Counted from the whole stretch's first letter, positions 24,466 through 38,212 are shown. The stretch is DNA of 63,980 nucleotides, filler included, from Choristocarpus tenellus KU-1152 (GCA_964200185.2; 14 parts of 14 records of this genome joined end to end with filler, not necessarily neighbours in it); one strand, 5' to 3'. Notes: generated by a model from the sequence alone, not told the origin. Program-made: numbers and translations.

Positions 24466-24961
24466 NNNNNNNNNNNNNNNNNNNNNNNNNNNNNNNNNNN
24501 NNNNNNNNNTTAATTAATTAANNNNNNNNNNNNNNNNNNNNNNNNNNNNNNNNNNNNNNNNNNNNGTCACCCCCAGCTAAACACCAGCGACGGGCCCCCT
24601 GTTCCCCAATAAAGAAAAAAAAGGGGGGGGGGGGGGGGGGGAGGCAATGTGGGAGGGATATTTGACCCCAAGCATCAGGGAGCACAGTGCAAGAGGCAGT
24701 GCATTCAAACACACCAACAACATATCATAATAGATAATCTGAGAAGCATATACCATACATGTGTGTCTCTGTTGGCAGACTGCAGGCAAGGTTAAGGCAC
24801 TACATTGGACAATATCCACCATCTCTACCATTCGTACAAGAACACTGCACTGGCTCTAATGCAAAAATAGCCTCAATACAAAATCTACCTCCTAACCCTT
24901 CTTATCCCCTACTACACAACTGGACACCACATTCTACCTGCTCCCCAGGTCCCAATATTAC

Positions 24962-26217
24962 CTCCGATTGAAGCTCAGTGCCCTCTCCAGGAGTGCAGGT
25001 GCAAGCCCCACTGCATCCCCCACTGCCTTGTGCCTCAGCAACGTTGTGAGCACAAGGGTAGACATGTATACCTCCACCTCTGGCAAGGAAGATGGTGATA
25101 ACTCTTCACTTTCACCAACTGTTGCTGTATGCTTTTCTGTTACCTGCGCCTCCCCTGCTACTGTTCCTGCCCCTACCCCAGACACCTTTCCCACCTCAGG
25201 CTTGGTGCTGGCCTCTACGTCCATGGAATTATCCTTGACCACTACTGTATGGAGGTTGGGGAAACATTGTGTGGGGGGAGGATGGGGGGAGAGTGGTCAT
25301 TTCCCGATCATATTATTACCATGCTGCAATCTAATGGCTTGGCAACAAAGGATATGTACAGGAAGAAACCATTAGTGCAGGCTGGCTGGGGGTGGGCAGG
25401 CTAGAGAGCACCTGCAGTGGATAATCTTAATGTTGGTGGAAGTGTGCATAAACTAACGTTACTGAAATGGAACAATGTGTAGAACTGTTGTAATTGCACC
25501 ACACACCACAGCATAGAAACACAGTTGCATAAAGCAGACTCTACACCACTGGGGAGATACCAGCTCAGTTGAAAGCTTCCCTATAGTATCGTGCCCAGCT
25601 TCTCTCGACAGCATCCTCCTTATCCATCCCCTTGACTGGTGTCTACTCACCCTCATCGCTGGGGAGCTTGGCCAGCAGTGCAAGCAAAGTCTCCTTCAGT
25701 GGACAGGCATCGTGCACAAGCTTCCCCAAAGCGTCTGCTAGGACATTCGCCTGCACACGACGCCGCAACGGCGTGTTTCTGGAATCACCATTCACAACAT
25801 ACACATAAAAGGAAGGAAATAGTGGAGTACATGGAGGGAGGTTGTGTGCATCATGCACACATACTTTAAACTCAGCAATGCAGTGTTGTAATCCAGAAGT
25901 TGAATATTACGCAGTTATACGTACTTGTGATGAATGTAAGAAAGACTAGATAGATGAACTCAATGACCAATTGGAGGGAATACGAAAATTTCACATGTCC
26001 AATCCCATTTGAACGATGAACGACTAAGCATCTGCGTGCGTTCTTACCTGCTGATCGCCCTCATTGTGAGACGACTTTGAGCAGTCTCTACTCCACGAAC
26101 AATAAGCGCCACATTTTTGGCGACATCTTCCACGGTGATTGGCGCTAGCACTGCAGGCGTCTCGGTGGTGACTGTGGCTGCTGGTGCGGAAGGCTCCGCC
26201 ATATCTACATCCGGCAT
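24962..26217 (-). CDS. RPN3: 26S proteasome regulatory subunit RPN3/PSMD3, first three exons (26217-26048, 25778-25651, 25244-24962); 3' part beyond contig
   Basis: Phase-consistent splice gives MPDVDMAEP...EDVAKNVALIVRGVETAQSRLTMRAISRNTPLRRRV...LPEVEVYMSTLVL...ALSFNRR, matching the RPN3 N-terminal LPEVE-Y and NRR(TLD) motifs. Confidence 0.9.
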
Positions 26218-26866
26218 TGAAACAGTCAGTGCGTCCGTTCAAGAGCAGTTATGCCTCTGATTCGCAATACAGTCGTAAGATTACAAGAAGCGAGGGAGAA
26301 AGGGCGGGGGTAGGTAGGAGGGCGTAGGTGTCGACCTGTTCAGAGTAGCAACAATCACCTTCAAACCTTGAAAGGAGCGTTGGGTTGACATCGTTCTTGG
26401 TGGCGGGACTGTTCCTTAACTAGCAAGAACATGATCAAGTGTAAGAGACATGGATCATGCGCTGGCGATGCATCCTTTCCTACGGTGCACTCAGATCTCA
26501 GATATTTCCTACAAAGTCAGGGGAGGAAGGACCCAATAACGAATTCGTTAAGTTAAACTGGGATCCATACCTTGACTTTCCAGACGCTGCGATGTCGGCC
26601 AAGCAAGAAATATTTATTGTGCCTCTGATGCAACAGACAATACGATATGCTATCTATCACACAGCACTCCAAATTGCAATCTAGCACGTATCGAGTATCA
26701 ACCCACGACTACCCCTTGTATCAATTGTAGGCCTCCAAAGAACTTCGTTGTTCATGTTGTGGCGCTACGAGTGAGAGCAATGTGCCCCAGAGCTACTAAT
26801 TGTATTGACGTGAGTAAGACACAAACCGTCATAATCGCAAAAAGAGTCGGGGTTGACACTCTGTCC
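26218..26866. promoter_or_regulatory. Putative bidirectional promoter/5' UTR region between RPN3 and MDP1
   Basis: Divergent start codons about 650 bp apart on one contig; no TSS evidence. Confidence 0.5.
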
Positions 26867-28489
26867 ATGAAGTGCTACGTGGGAGTATTTCGTCTGCTGC
26901 TATGGTTCTCGTCCCTCGTGACTGCAATCTCTCTCTCGGGTTGGGTGAAGACGAAGTGCCCCAAACCCGTTGCATTTGGCTCTACTAATTGGACCCGATC
27001 GCAGAGAACACAGTTACTGATGGGGAAAGGCAAAAAAGCTAACAGAAAGACGGACGTTCGCGACAGAGGAGACTTGAGAGATGTGATGGACAGATCTACT
27101 GGATCGGAGATACTACCTCGGCTTGTTGTGTTTGACCTGGATTATACAATGTGGTGCGTCTCAACCCCCCCGTCCAACCCACCGTCCTCCTGTGACGATT
27201 CAACATATTGTCTCTCCGCTTGACGACGGAGTGTTGGGACAAAATCAGTAGTTGTGCCCATACCGTAGTTTGATGAACAATATTGCCTCCCTTAAGCCGG
27301 ACATATAAAGGTACATACTTCAAGTGTATTAGGTGTGTGCCCTTCCAACTTACTGCTGACCCCTGGCCTGTGTTCGAAGGAAGCCAGAGCTGTACCAACT
27401 GCGTGGATCCCCCTTCTCCAGATCTGGTGGCAAGGTTGTAGACTGCATGGGTGCCAAGATCGATCTATTCCCAGGGGTTCGGGATATTCTAATGGACATA
27501 GAAACACAGGAACGTTTCTCGGGGACCCGTATCGCAGCTGCATCACGAGGTAATCAACCCCGGTGAGCCAAGCAAGTTGTAGATAGTATCTATATGTCTT
27601 TTGAGATTAAAGGGAGCAGTTGGTATTGCAGAAAAGTCGTTATAAGTGTTTCACAGATCCAGTAGTCAAACCTGGCCAATATGCTCCATTCGGTGTGAAA
27701 TGTTGTTTAGCTCTTGATCTGCACCCAAGCTTTTCCCTTGAAACTTTATGGATGCTATGCATTAATGTCAATCACTGAAGGGGGCAATAGGTTAACCAAC
27801 AATATGACAAATATATTAATGTGTGAAAAGTATTCGGAATGGTGGTGTATAGTACGTCTCGATGATCATGCACACCAGTGACAATGGTCGTATGTTTGGT
27901 AAAAATATGAAGATGTTTATGGTAATGTTCCTGTTTTGCTCTGCCTCTCGTGTACTCGACAGCACGTATGTGTGCTGGAAAGTCACACCACTGCAACGTT
28001 CAGTTTCCACTGTCACAATATTCAGAATCGATACTTGTGAAATGCAGATCCGAAACTTGTGTCGTATCTCTGCAATGGCACACTTCCGCAGAATATCCAA
28101 TCAATTTCCGCCAGCACATCTCTTGATTCAACATAGGGTCAGAAAATTGACAGCTCAATTGTTCAAATGATATCTTTCCTGTCTTGAAGCGGTGCACTAA
28201 GGCGTTTTCAATCACCCTTCCCTTCCTCCTTCCTTACCTCGCTCCCAACCCACCCCTCGTCTGAAGGTGGGTGAACGAGCTCATGGACCTGCTGGAGCTG
28301 AGGGAAGGGGTAAAAATGTCAGACGTGTTTGACCTAGTAGAGGTGTACCCTGGCTCCAAAATAAGACACTTTGGGAAGCTCCGAAAAGATACAGGGGTGC
28401 CTTATGAAGATATGATCTTCTTTGATGACTGGGATGTCAACTGCATGGAAGTGGGAACGCTTGGGGTTACATCCGTTGAATGTCGGCAG
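26867..28489 (+). CDS. MDP1: Magnesium-dependent phosphatase 1 (HAD class IIIC) with N-terminal extension; exons 26867-27153, 27380-27562, 28267-28489; last exon not found
   Basis: LPRLVVFDLDYTMW (motif I), IAAASR, EVYPGSKIRHF and MIFFDD; splice phases (2, 2) match. Confidence 0.92.
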
Positions 28490-28863
28490 GTGAGGTAGCC
28501 TCCCCTAAGGGGAAGCAATTCTGTTTATGTATGCTTCACACTAGGTTGTGTTGAGCTGTGTAAAAATCTATGGAGGCATATTATGTCCACGTTATTGGAA
28601 TTGAAACTCATTTCCTGGATTGATCAGGGATTGTTTACTCGATGAAGTCAGTGTGCCAAGGTGAGGTAGACCATTCGTGCATGGGAGACCATGTTTGTGA
28701 AAGCAATAAGGTCAAATGTGTTGACATAGCACGGACAGGTCATGCCAGCAGTTGCTGTGAGAATGATGCACTCCTTGAGGTGTTGGTCATTTCCAAGGCT
28801 CTTTAAAAATGCTACAAAGTTGTGCAAGAGCTGTTGCATATGAGGAGCTCGACATTGCTGTGT

Positions 28864-28924
28864 GAGTGAAAGTATCTTAGAGGGTACGAGGTTTGCCCAG
28901 TTTGTCCATTTGGGGCTTGGCTTC
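28864..28924. mobile_element. MITE family A, truncated by contig end
   Basis: GAGTGAAAGTATCTTAGAGGGTACGAG... Confidence 0.9.
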
Positions 28925-29024
28925 NNNNNNNNNNNNNNNNNNNNNNNNNNNNNNNNNNNNNNNNNNNNTTAATTAATTAANNNNNNNNNNNNNNNNNNNN
29001 NNNNNNNNNNNNNNNNNNNNNNNN

Positions 29025-29094
29025 CATCAAAATTGCAACATTGGATTTTGGCCCCCAAATGGACGCGGGTCTACTCTCTAAGATACTTCGGCTC
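29025..29094. mobile_element. MITE family A, end fragment at contig start
   Basis: ...CCCCAAATGGACGCGG..CTCTAAGATACTTCGGCTC. Confidence 0.9.
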
Positions 29095-30773
29095 TAAACC
29101 CCTCCGTGCCTATCTCCCCGGTGACTCCCTTTATCACTTTCAGGAGATATTGCACAAAAATATCAATGGCACTTACCTCCAAAAATCCCAAGGTACGGTG
29201 GGAGCATTGACTCAGTCAATCTGACATATTTGAAACAGAGGGGGAAAGCGTTGGAGGAGTAGAATATACTTTCAAATATGTGGATTATTATTTCTTTGTT
29301 CGCTGTATGGACAACTCCTATCTGTCTACAAATACTGCCTGCCCCCTGACTGTTCTTTCCAAACACTGAGTTATCTTGATCCTTTCCATATTCATCATCC
29401 ACGTCGGACATATCACTGCAGCAATTCTCTGTACTACACCAAAGAAAAAAAAGTTTTTTTTTTTTATGTCCTTCATTGTGCCCACTGACGACTGGCTGTT
29501 GTTAACAGGCACCGCCAACACTGTTGTGTTGACAGAATAACACCAAACAAACCAAAGAAGGGATTTTGTTCTAAACAGGATTTTTTTCATTCTGCAAATC
29601 TGCTCTCCTTGTGAGTACGTTCTAAGATCCGATCGACATCACTTCAAAAAAACGTAACAGAGGAGGAGTAGCATTATCTCTAGTCATCACTAACATACAC
29701 CATTCTTTCGCTGTGTTCCCGACCACCCTTCCTCCCTCTACCAGTCAGTGATAGAACTTTGGCAGCAACTGCTTCTTCAATACTCTGGAGAACTTTGAAG
29801 TACTCCAGAGTACGTCATCCAAAGCAGGATGATGACCAACCCTCTCCACAAACATAAAATAGTGTACGATATTTGAAACCTTTTGCACTATACTACATGC
29901 ACTGCAAGTCATTGTGTGTAGTGGTGCGTAGACTCTACTATTGACAATGTACATACATCTATTGGAGGCATAAGAGGTCGCTGCTTCATGCCACAGTGAG
30001 TGTGCGAGGTGAAATCACCCCACCATCTTTTTCCCGTTCCTTTTTAGACCTGATGTTGAGGATTCACCTTCCAATTCTCGTCAACTTAATGAAATACGTT
30101 CCCATCACCCTCTTTACCGTAAAACAATCTCATGATGCAACACAACAAATAATCGTCCTTTTCCTCCACCATATCATGGTGGTGTTGGCATCAATGGTAA
30201 TACATGCATCTAAGACTCAGTGCTGGAACCTATCACTTTGAAGCAGTTTGAAGTATCGATAATAACAGACTAGACAGAGGTCAATCAAGAAACGCATACA
30301 CCTAGGTGGTGTTTGTACTATGAACCTATTAGTGCAGACACCCAACCATTTAATTCCACCGTACCCTGAACTCCTTCCTGCTTGCACACTCCAGTACTTC
30401 TGTTTATGTGTTGACTTGCCTGGCCTTCACGAGTTGTAGGGCATCTTCTTGTCAATGCCAAATCAATCACTATGTGCTATATATTACTGCGTAGTAGTAC
30501 TATAGTATTAATGGGCAACAAACCGAATCTTACAAGACACACAAACTTACCAACCGTCATGCATAATAATAGTATTACATACTTCTCACAGTAGTGAAAA
30601 CCATCCTGGTAACAAGGGCACTAACAAGCACAGCTTCAACACCCGCTGAGGGGAACAACATTCTCTTTAACATCAATTGACACCGCGTTGTATGGACTCA
30701 GTCACGTTAGCACCTGTAATATTGCGTACCCAATTAGGGGATTACCTGAAGGGCACATACAACTTGCTTTATA

Positions 30774-33700
30774 TTAAATGAAATTCTGAAGAGGGAAAGT
30801 CCGAATTATAGGAAGTGAATCTGTCAGATCTCTACGGACGTATGGTGTCAACAGTGCTCCAGAGTCTGCCAACTCTATGGCCCTCAGCATGTCCTCGTCT
30901 GACATTAGTGATACCACTGGTGAGGTAGAGCTGACGGGCATATCAATGTTGATTGCGCCAATGATATCATTCTCTGCCCATTCACTTTCACCACTGTTGG
31001 GGCTGAGAAGGTCCGGGCTGTCAGTATTACCACAACCAACGATGTTGGTTCCACAGAAGCCTTCAGCATGGAGACCAAGTGGCATGTCGACCTGATCCTC
31101 ACTGTCTCCTATGCTCTTCAATACCAACCTGGAGTAATCACTCGCATCATGATCAGTCAACTGGGCAGTGCTCTGCAAGTCCTCAGAGGAAAGTTCACGT
31201 TCATTACTATTATCAGACAGCTTATCAGACAGTCCCACTATCTCGACCCCATCTGCTCTATCCCAAATGTCGTAGTTGTAGTCATCAAGGTCGCTGATGG
31301 AGCACTCCTGAGATCCATCGCAACTCATGGCATACTTGCTGGTCTCCATTGTCAAGAACGAAGTCGTGGTAGTAGAAGCGATATTGCAACCTTCGTTTCT
31401 GTCGAAGCTCAAATCAAAGATGTTTGCAGGGATGTCTGGGAAGTCTAGTGAGTCAATCTCGCAACTGCCCACCAACTCATTGCTTTTGTCCTTGGTTTGT
31501 CCTACTGGCTTAGAAACATTTTGTTGAAGGTGTGAGCAGTTGACAAATGGTTGTGGCGATGGCAACAGCTGCTGCTGTGAATGCAGCAATGAGGACTTAC
31601 AGACCTCAAGGGCAGAGTCAGGGACGATGGGCACTACTTTTGGGCTCATGATTTTCTCGAATGTGAAAACGGAGGTCGTATTGGAAGTTGTAGTGAAGGT
31701 ACGACGTTTTCTTGTAGTAGAACCCGTTTCAAGTTGACCAGAACGGGCTGTTGGGGTCCCCAAGTCCGTTTCTTGCTGTCCCAGGGACAACAGGTTAACA
31801 TCCTCTGTCGTGGCCAGCCTCTCAGTCGGCTGTGCCTGGGAGCACTTGTCTTCTTCTTGCAAAGGTGATGGCTGCTGCGACGTTGAAGGTGGTGGCAAGG
31901 ATGTGCTATCCAACACAGGATCTCGTGGGAAAACGGGTGGTGTTGGTTGAACCAGAGTCAAGTCCAGTGCGCATGATGTACTATAGCGGGACATGGGTTG
32001 AGATATCACAGGTATCTTCTGGTTGGAGTCCAACGCGCTAAGCCCCGTTCGGCGAAGTAGGGAGAGCATCTTCTCTGGTGCTTTACCCTGAGAAGCCGTT
32101 GAGCAATGGGGCGAAGTACGGGCAAAGATATTAGCATGGTAACTTCGCAAATTGTAATGCGTGTTGCAATTTCCCTTTCTACTTATACCATCAGGTTGAA
32201 ATTGTGAAGGATGAAGATTACATGTTGGGGGAAAAGACTCATACCTGTAGGTTGTAGTTGAAAAAAACCGCAGGCTGATCCAGTGCAGGATCCAGGGGGT
32301 ATTCGAAGACCAAAGATAATTGCATCATCCCAGGATAGGGTTTGGCGTACGAGTTGAGGAGTCAAAAGTTGTATGTTTACGTTGTCCGTGTCAATAACGG
32401 TAAAGACAATAAATCATCATCAAAGGTTGAGCAATAATAGTTCCAGTTCCAGTTGTTATACCATAATACTAAGAAGGGGATAAACAGCTTTCAGGTCAGT
32501 GTCAGCGTAGGTGTAAGGAGTGCGAAGAGAGCGAGGAAACGGCGAGGAGGGTTAAAGCAACCTATTCTAACAAGTATGTGATGTTGTTGATAGTAGTAAT
32601 AATCACGGGGGGGGAAAGCAAGCTCAAAAACCCCACCAATACCAATAATTGGTAGGTGAAGGTCACAAACAACGTAAAAACAGGTGTGGCATGTCGTGCA
32701 ACATTTACTTTGCCAAGACATAACAATATACCCATGGAAGCAATGGACGGTCTCCTAACGGGGTAGGTCCACTTCAAGGCTCGTGGATCAGGGTATGCTG
32801 GATGTTGTTCACAATATCCATTGCATCAGTGAGTCCGCCCTAAACCCAGATATGGCATTATTCATTGCACAGGTCTATCCTTACACTTGATATATATCAA
32901 GTACAAGATGAGTACAAGCAGAGCATGGAACAAACCTTGAACTTCCCCTTCCCGACAATCTTGCGGAAGCCGAAATAGTGGAGTTGCCTTTGAAACGAGG
33001 CGAATTTTGCGTGCCTGAAGTACAGTGGGAGCACGTCCGAAGCGAGACTGACAGGGTCGCGTACGATAACGTTTCCTGTCGAATGAAAGAGCACGCACCC
33101 CGCAAGCGAAAATGATACTGTGGAAACAGGTTCAGAGCTCATGGTATTGTATGTCGTGTCGTATCGAAAGAACAGGCAAACAGGTAGCGAAAAGGATGCA
33201 GTGGAGGCATGTTCTGAGCTGATGGTATAGTACCTTGTATTTGCAAGGATGTAAGCGATCAGCAGGAAGGTCTTGGCTAACCAAGGTAACCTACTCCCCA
33301 TGGCAGGCAATGGTGTGAAAGCTATTGATTTTCTCAGCATAGAGACATCTAAAATGCAGGATTTATGTAGATGGCGAACGTGTTGTTGTGGTATGGGCGT
33401 CACTAGAGAGGGGAAATGTGGATCTAAACAGCAGACGGGGAATTGAATGGATAGTCTCCATGTCTCACCATCCTCGTAGCAAATAATTCGCTTGTCCTCG
33501 GCTGATACCATTTTGAGCAGATTCGTGAGAAACGATGGAACTCCTTTGACATTGAACCCGTCACCTGCTCGCGAAAGGTGTGACGACGTAGTGTGTGATG
33601 GTAACGATTTCTGCTCCTCCATCGATGGTGACGAGAGGCGTGCAGACGCTCTACCCACAAGAGCAGAAGAAGCAGAGCTCCCATCATCGGACGCTGATGG

Positions 33701-33832
33701 CGAAGAGTGCTCAAGATGGACGCTATCTTTCGGAAGGCTTGGAGGGGAAACACCATCCTGCGTAGGGTCGATACACACAGAATCCCTCGATCGCCTCGTC
33801 CTCACCGCCCGGAAACGAAAGCGAGGGTGCAT
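30774..33832 (-). CDS. HSF: Heat-shock-factor-type transcription factor; exons 33832-33469, 33075-32936, 32274-32245, 32087-30774
   Basis: HSF DNA-binding domain VPSFLTNLLKMVS...[57 protein letters not shown]; all introns GT-AG and in phase; long Ser/Thr/acidic low-complexity tail. Start codon choice uncertain. Confidence 0.92.
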
Positions 33833-35099
33833 TCTATTGAGCGTTTCTAGAGGCACGGAGCAAGGACAAACAAAGTGACTACTAACCACTACTGCCGTTG
33901 CTATGATTGACGAAGATAGGGGATTCGAGCAAAGGTAAAGCATATTATTTGATCATGAAATGGAAGACTTTGACAGGAGTCGACTTCAGACCCATAAAAA
34001 TAGGTTGGAAGTAAGATATGGGGCCATTCGTTACAAGATGGACGGAGAGCTCTAGCTCTTGCGGATATGCTATTCAAAAAACAAGATGTTCAACTTGTAT
34101 AAAAAAACTGAGGGTAAAGGTTTGAATTTCATTAGGTCAGACCTCCCCAATGACCACAATCTACTGTAACCATGTAAATCTGAAAAATAGTACTATACCC
34201 ACCATATTTATTTAGTAATATATATTACAAACTACTTCCAAGTTCACTATTTCAAGTCCACCTCGCAACCACGACAACATCCAGATTCTACATCAGGCAG
34301 GAACAAGTGGAATTTGGTTCCTGTATCATCCTGCCTATTGATATACAACAAGTAAACATTCCAGAAAACTGGAACAAGGTCCTCATGAGTTACGTTTGTG
34401 AGGTTTCATTTTTGAGGGGTGCCTTGTCAAAGAAGGAAAATGTTAGTGTCGTTTGAAGATTAGAGAGAGGATTGGGGTGACAAGTGGTGGGAAAGGTGAA
34501 CCCCATGTGCGTGAGAAGCAATGCATGCAATAGAAAAAGGGCAGTTGCTTATCATTAATTGTAGGTGATTTCTTACTAAAAACTGGAGTAGTGCATACTC
34601 CAGAATACTACTACAATATTATCTTAATCAATAAAAGGCAGTCCTGCCCCGCAGTCCGTAGTAGTCGTAGGTCAAAGTGAGCAAGAGATGCCCTCAGAGT
34701 TGCGTTTTAAGGATGGCAAATATGTACAAAAATCGACCTTTTTTACAAATGGTTACAGGATTTTTTCCGAATTTTGTCGCAATTTTTCAAACAATACAGA
34801 AGTCAACCCTCTCCAGTCGTATTTAGGGCTTCATCCATGGAGACATAGGTGAGAAAAATGTTGAAAATCTGGATTACACTACAAAACCGGAAAAAAGTAG
34901 GTACCTTTGGCTCGGTAGTGTAGTCCCCGACCACAGGAAGTCTAACCAGCCAAATCAATCCTCGGACAAAAAGTGAAGACTTACCAAGAAGATAATCTTC
35001 TAGGCAGTCTCAATATATATATATATTCAGAGCATATTCTTAGAGAGGCAATATTTGCAACAGTGATGATGCCATACCTTCGCCCAAAAAAAGTTTCCC

Positions 35100-35300
35100 A
35101 AGTGATGGAGGGATGAATATAGACGCAGGAAGGTGTCAATTACGTCGTAGCAGGTGGATTGCTTTCGCCTATCGGATTGTATCAACTACCATATGAAAGA
35201 CCTCTCTCTCTCCGTTTTGACCCACAATAGGATTGTGCTTGACGGATGACATGTCCAACAACAGGGCCTACTCTTCCCAAGGGACCCGGTCAATGGTTAG
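35100..35300. repeat. Dispersed repeat family E (second copy about 40090-40290)
   Basis: Shared blocks gatggaggg.tgaat, tcaactacc, ctctc.gttttgacccac..agga(t)tgtgcttgac and ctactcttc. Confidence 0.6.
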
Positions 35301-36489
35301 CCCCCACTTTGTCGCTACCCACAACTCACTATAATGCAAATTTATTCATGACTGCTGCGTATCTGCTCCATTCAAGGCATAGGGGAGTTTTCTATTTCAT
35401 GCACCGACAAATTAATCAAATTAATAATTAATTTTTTATTCTTACTCGATTTAATCTTTTTTTTTCACAGCACCACAACAACGAAAACAAGCACAGCAGG
35501 GACAGCATTGCTTGCGAAAAGGTCTTCCTATTCATCATCAGTAGCTGCTGTATGTATGAAAACAAGTTGGGTATATCATATTACTGCTGTGCTTACTACG
35601 GAAAAGGTACTATGGGACAGGTACTATTTATAGTAATAATGTCGAGGTCTACAGAAGGTGTTGTTCGCTCTTGTGCAAGTACTTGACTACTTCATCCACC
35701 CTACCATCAGGTTTGTTGTTTGGCAATTGATTTCTAAGATGATAATCTGTTTGTCTGCGTATAGGAAGCACAAGACACGCAACCTGCTACTAGCTCCTAC
35801 CACCATACCTCCATAATAATCACACTACAATAATACTAATATAACAAAAAGTAACATTAAAACGTGTGCAACAATATAAAAGGAGCTCCAGAATAAGAAT
35901 TGCCTGCTAATCAAAATGTGAAGCAACCTTCCTTCCTGATATCTTCCATCTTCCTTCTCTTTGATTACATGCAAATATCAATGTGCAGATAGATATACAC
36001 ACTGATCGGTGGTGTATCATGTACTTACTTCCAAGTGATGTGTTAGGTTATCAGAAAGGGAACCGTGCGGAGGCAATGTCGAATTTGATGTCAGAATGGA
36101 TACATGCATTCAGTTGTCTTGTGTTCGGGACAGCATACTCCTTACTTACTTGCATTTACTGGTGGATGGAGAGGGGTGATGGTTGGTGCTGAGTAATCAT
36201 CTCTGGAATCTTCCCCTCCAGCATCTGATAAACCTGCCCAGCAAACTGCAAGTCTCCCTACTCACCCGCACCAGACAGCAGAGTTAGAGGTTTCTTTTGC
36301 TTCTTCATAATCAGCAAACAACAATGCTTGCGAGTGATCGCAACAAATTATAAAATCTGTTGTGGGCCATGTGCGGACAGTACTAACTGCCCTTTTCAAT
36401 CGATAATGGAGAGGTATCAAGGTAAGATATTACTCTTATCATAATTTGGTGTAAATATCTGTTTCTTTTCACATCATGCATGCACACAC

Positions 36490-36795
36490 GTCTCTCCAAT
36501 GACGATAACCTGGCATCTATCCACACTTCAGCCTGGAACGGCAAAACATGTATCATAGATACGTACGACCATTGCACCCATACAAGCATGACCGACTGCC
36601 AGTATGACTACCTCGATACACGCCTATTGCGTATTCTAGTAGTCTCAAGACAGGTGATGACCGTGACGTTGCAGTTTGAATGTTTTACACTGACTTGACA
36701 CCAAAATACATTTACCTGCTGTTCTGTTACACAGTACATCATCCACCATGATTCATCACCCTTGCAGCCGGAAGCAAGATCCATCATTGATAACT
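36490..36795 (-). CDS. Possible internal exons of an unknown gene
   Basis: LSMMDLASGCKGDESWWMMYCVTEQQ|GTAAAT and TTCCAG|AEVWIDARLSSLERR join in phase; no family recognised. Confidence 0.3.
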
Positions 36796-38212
36796 CTCCA
36801 AAGAAAGGGAACAAGCGGTGCACATGACAGGTTGTTGTTGGTGCGTGCCAATTTGCCATCAACCCATCGATGGAAAGGACACAAACAACACAACAGACAA
36901 CAAACAAACACACAAAAGCGGTCAGAGTCCCTTTCAACCCAGCAGCGCGTGTGAGCCATAAGTGTATGTATAATAACCTAAACCCCAACACACCAGCCGA
37001 TGCAAATCCACTGACTTTGATCTAGTCGACCGTATACGGTCTAGTGCCGGTGCGAAGTGACTAAAAGAGGGTTCCTTTGCATCAATAGTACATCAAAGTG
37101 ACCAATTATCTCCATCACACAGTCCACTTCTCCATCTACTGACCAACTCCCCCATCTTCATTTTCTAAATCCTCCGACTGTCGCTTGCTCCTGCCACTAC
37201 CCTACCCCACCCCCCCCCCCCCCCCCCTGCCCCCCAAAAACCCCCCCCCCCTCCCCCCCCGGTAAAAACAACCCCCAAAANNNNNNNNNNNNNNNNNNNN
37301 NNNNNNNNNNNNNNNNNNNNNNNNTTAATTAATTAANNNNNNNNNNNNNNNNNNNNNNNNNNNNNNNNNNNNNNNNNNNNCTTTCTTGTTGAACATAATA
37401 AAGCGCAAAATATATATATATATATATATATATACGGAAGACTACTTCCTACAATATCATACAAAAAAATAATCAACTTGTTAAATAGAAGTGATATTGT
37501 ACTAACATCTTACGAATATTTAAAATTATAATTCTCAACAGTTTTCACTCTGGTACATGTGCAAAATGTCATATATCATAAATACAGTAACTATTATAAT
37601 ATAAATATCAAATAAAAATACAAAAAATTATGTGAGGTAAGAAAATATTTTATGAAATATTATAAAATTTATTGATTTTAACGAGCAGGAACAGAGAATA
37701 GTGTTGCTACACATCATCACATTCAACAATAATACCTGACCAATTGTTTTATCTTTAGATTTCTATAGCAACATGTACATTATATGGTTGAATCCAACTT
37801 ATCATTTCAAAAACTATCAAGTTGATCACGTTTTGATTTCTAGGTCATTGACTAACATTGACCCGATTGAGTGAAACTGACCAGATTGCAAGAAATTATA
37901 TTGGATGAAGGTGGCGAACCTTTGAGAATCCATAAAAAAAAGTTTTGAAAAAGTGTTACTGCTCAACTCCTCTCTATTTCCCGTCAAGTGATACTATTTA
38001 CCCATATAGATGTTCCTCGAAACGATATTCTTCTCCCCGTTCTCTGTCACCATCTCCCCTTCCTCTTCGCAGCATATATCGGTCCGACCAGTACATGTAA
38101 GAATCATCACAACCCAAGCACAAAGCGGAACCCTACAAATCGACCATATCGTCTCCCCCAGCCAGCAGGAAAAGTAGCCCTTTCATTCCGTTTTTTGGCA
38201 TAGTAGTCAGAA

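Noticed and set aside
28864-29094. MITE halves on both sides of a gap appearing to be one element (likewise 12298-12542)
   Set aside because: Flanks do not form a TSD (TGT vs TAA) and the contigs are arbitrarily joined.
30877-32041. Several plus-strand ORFs over the HSF last exon
   Set aside because: Antisense shadows of a real coding exon.
32489-32522. Alternative HSF microexon (PYTYADTDLK) with a non-canonical acceptor
   Set aside because: No AG acceptor in frame; the canonical exon at 32274-32245 explains the domain.
34679-34913. Further MITE with GAGC...GCTC ends
   Set aside because: Only the right end matches the family motif well; weak TIR pairing and imperfect TSD.
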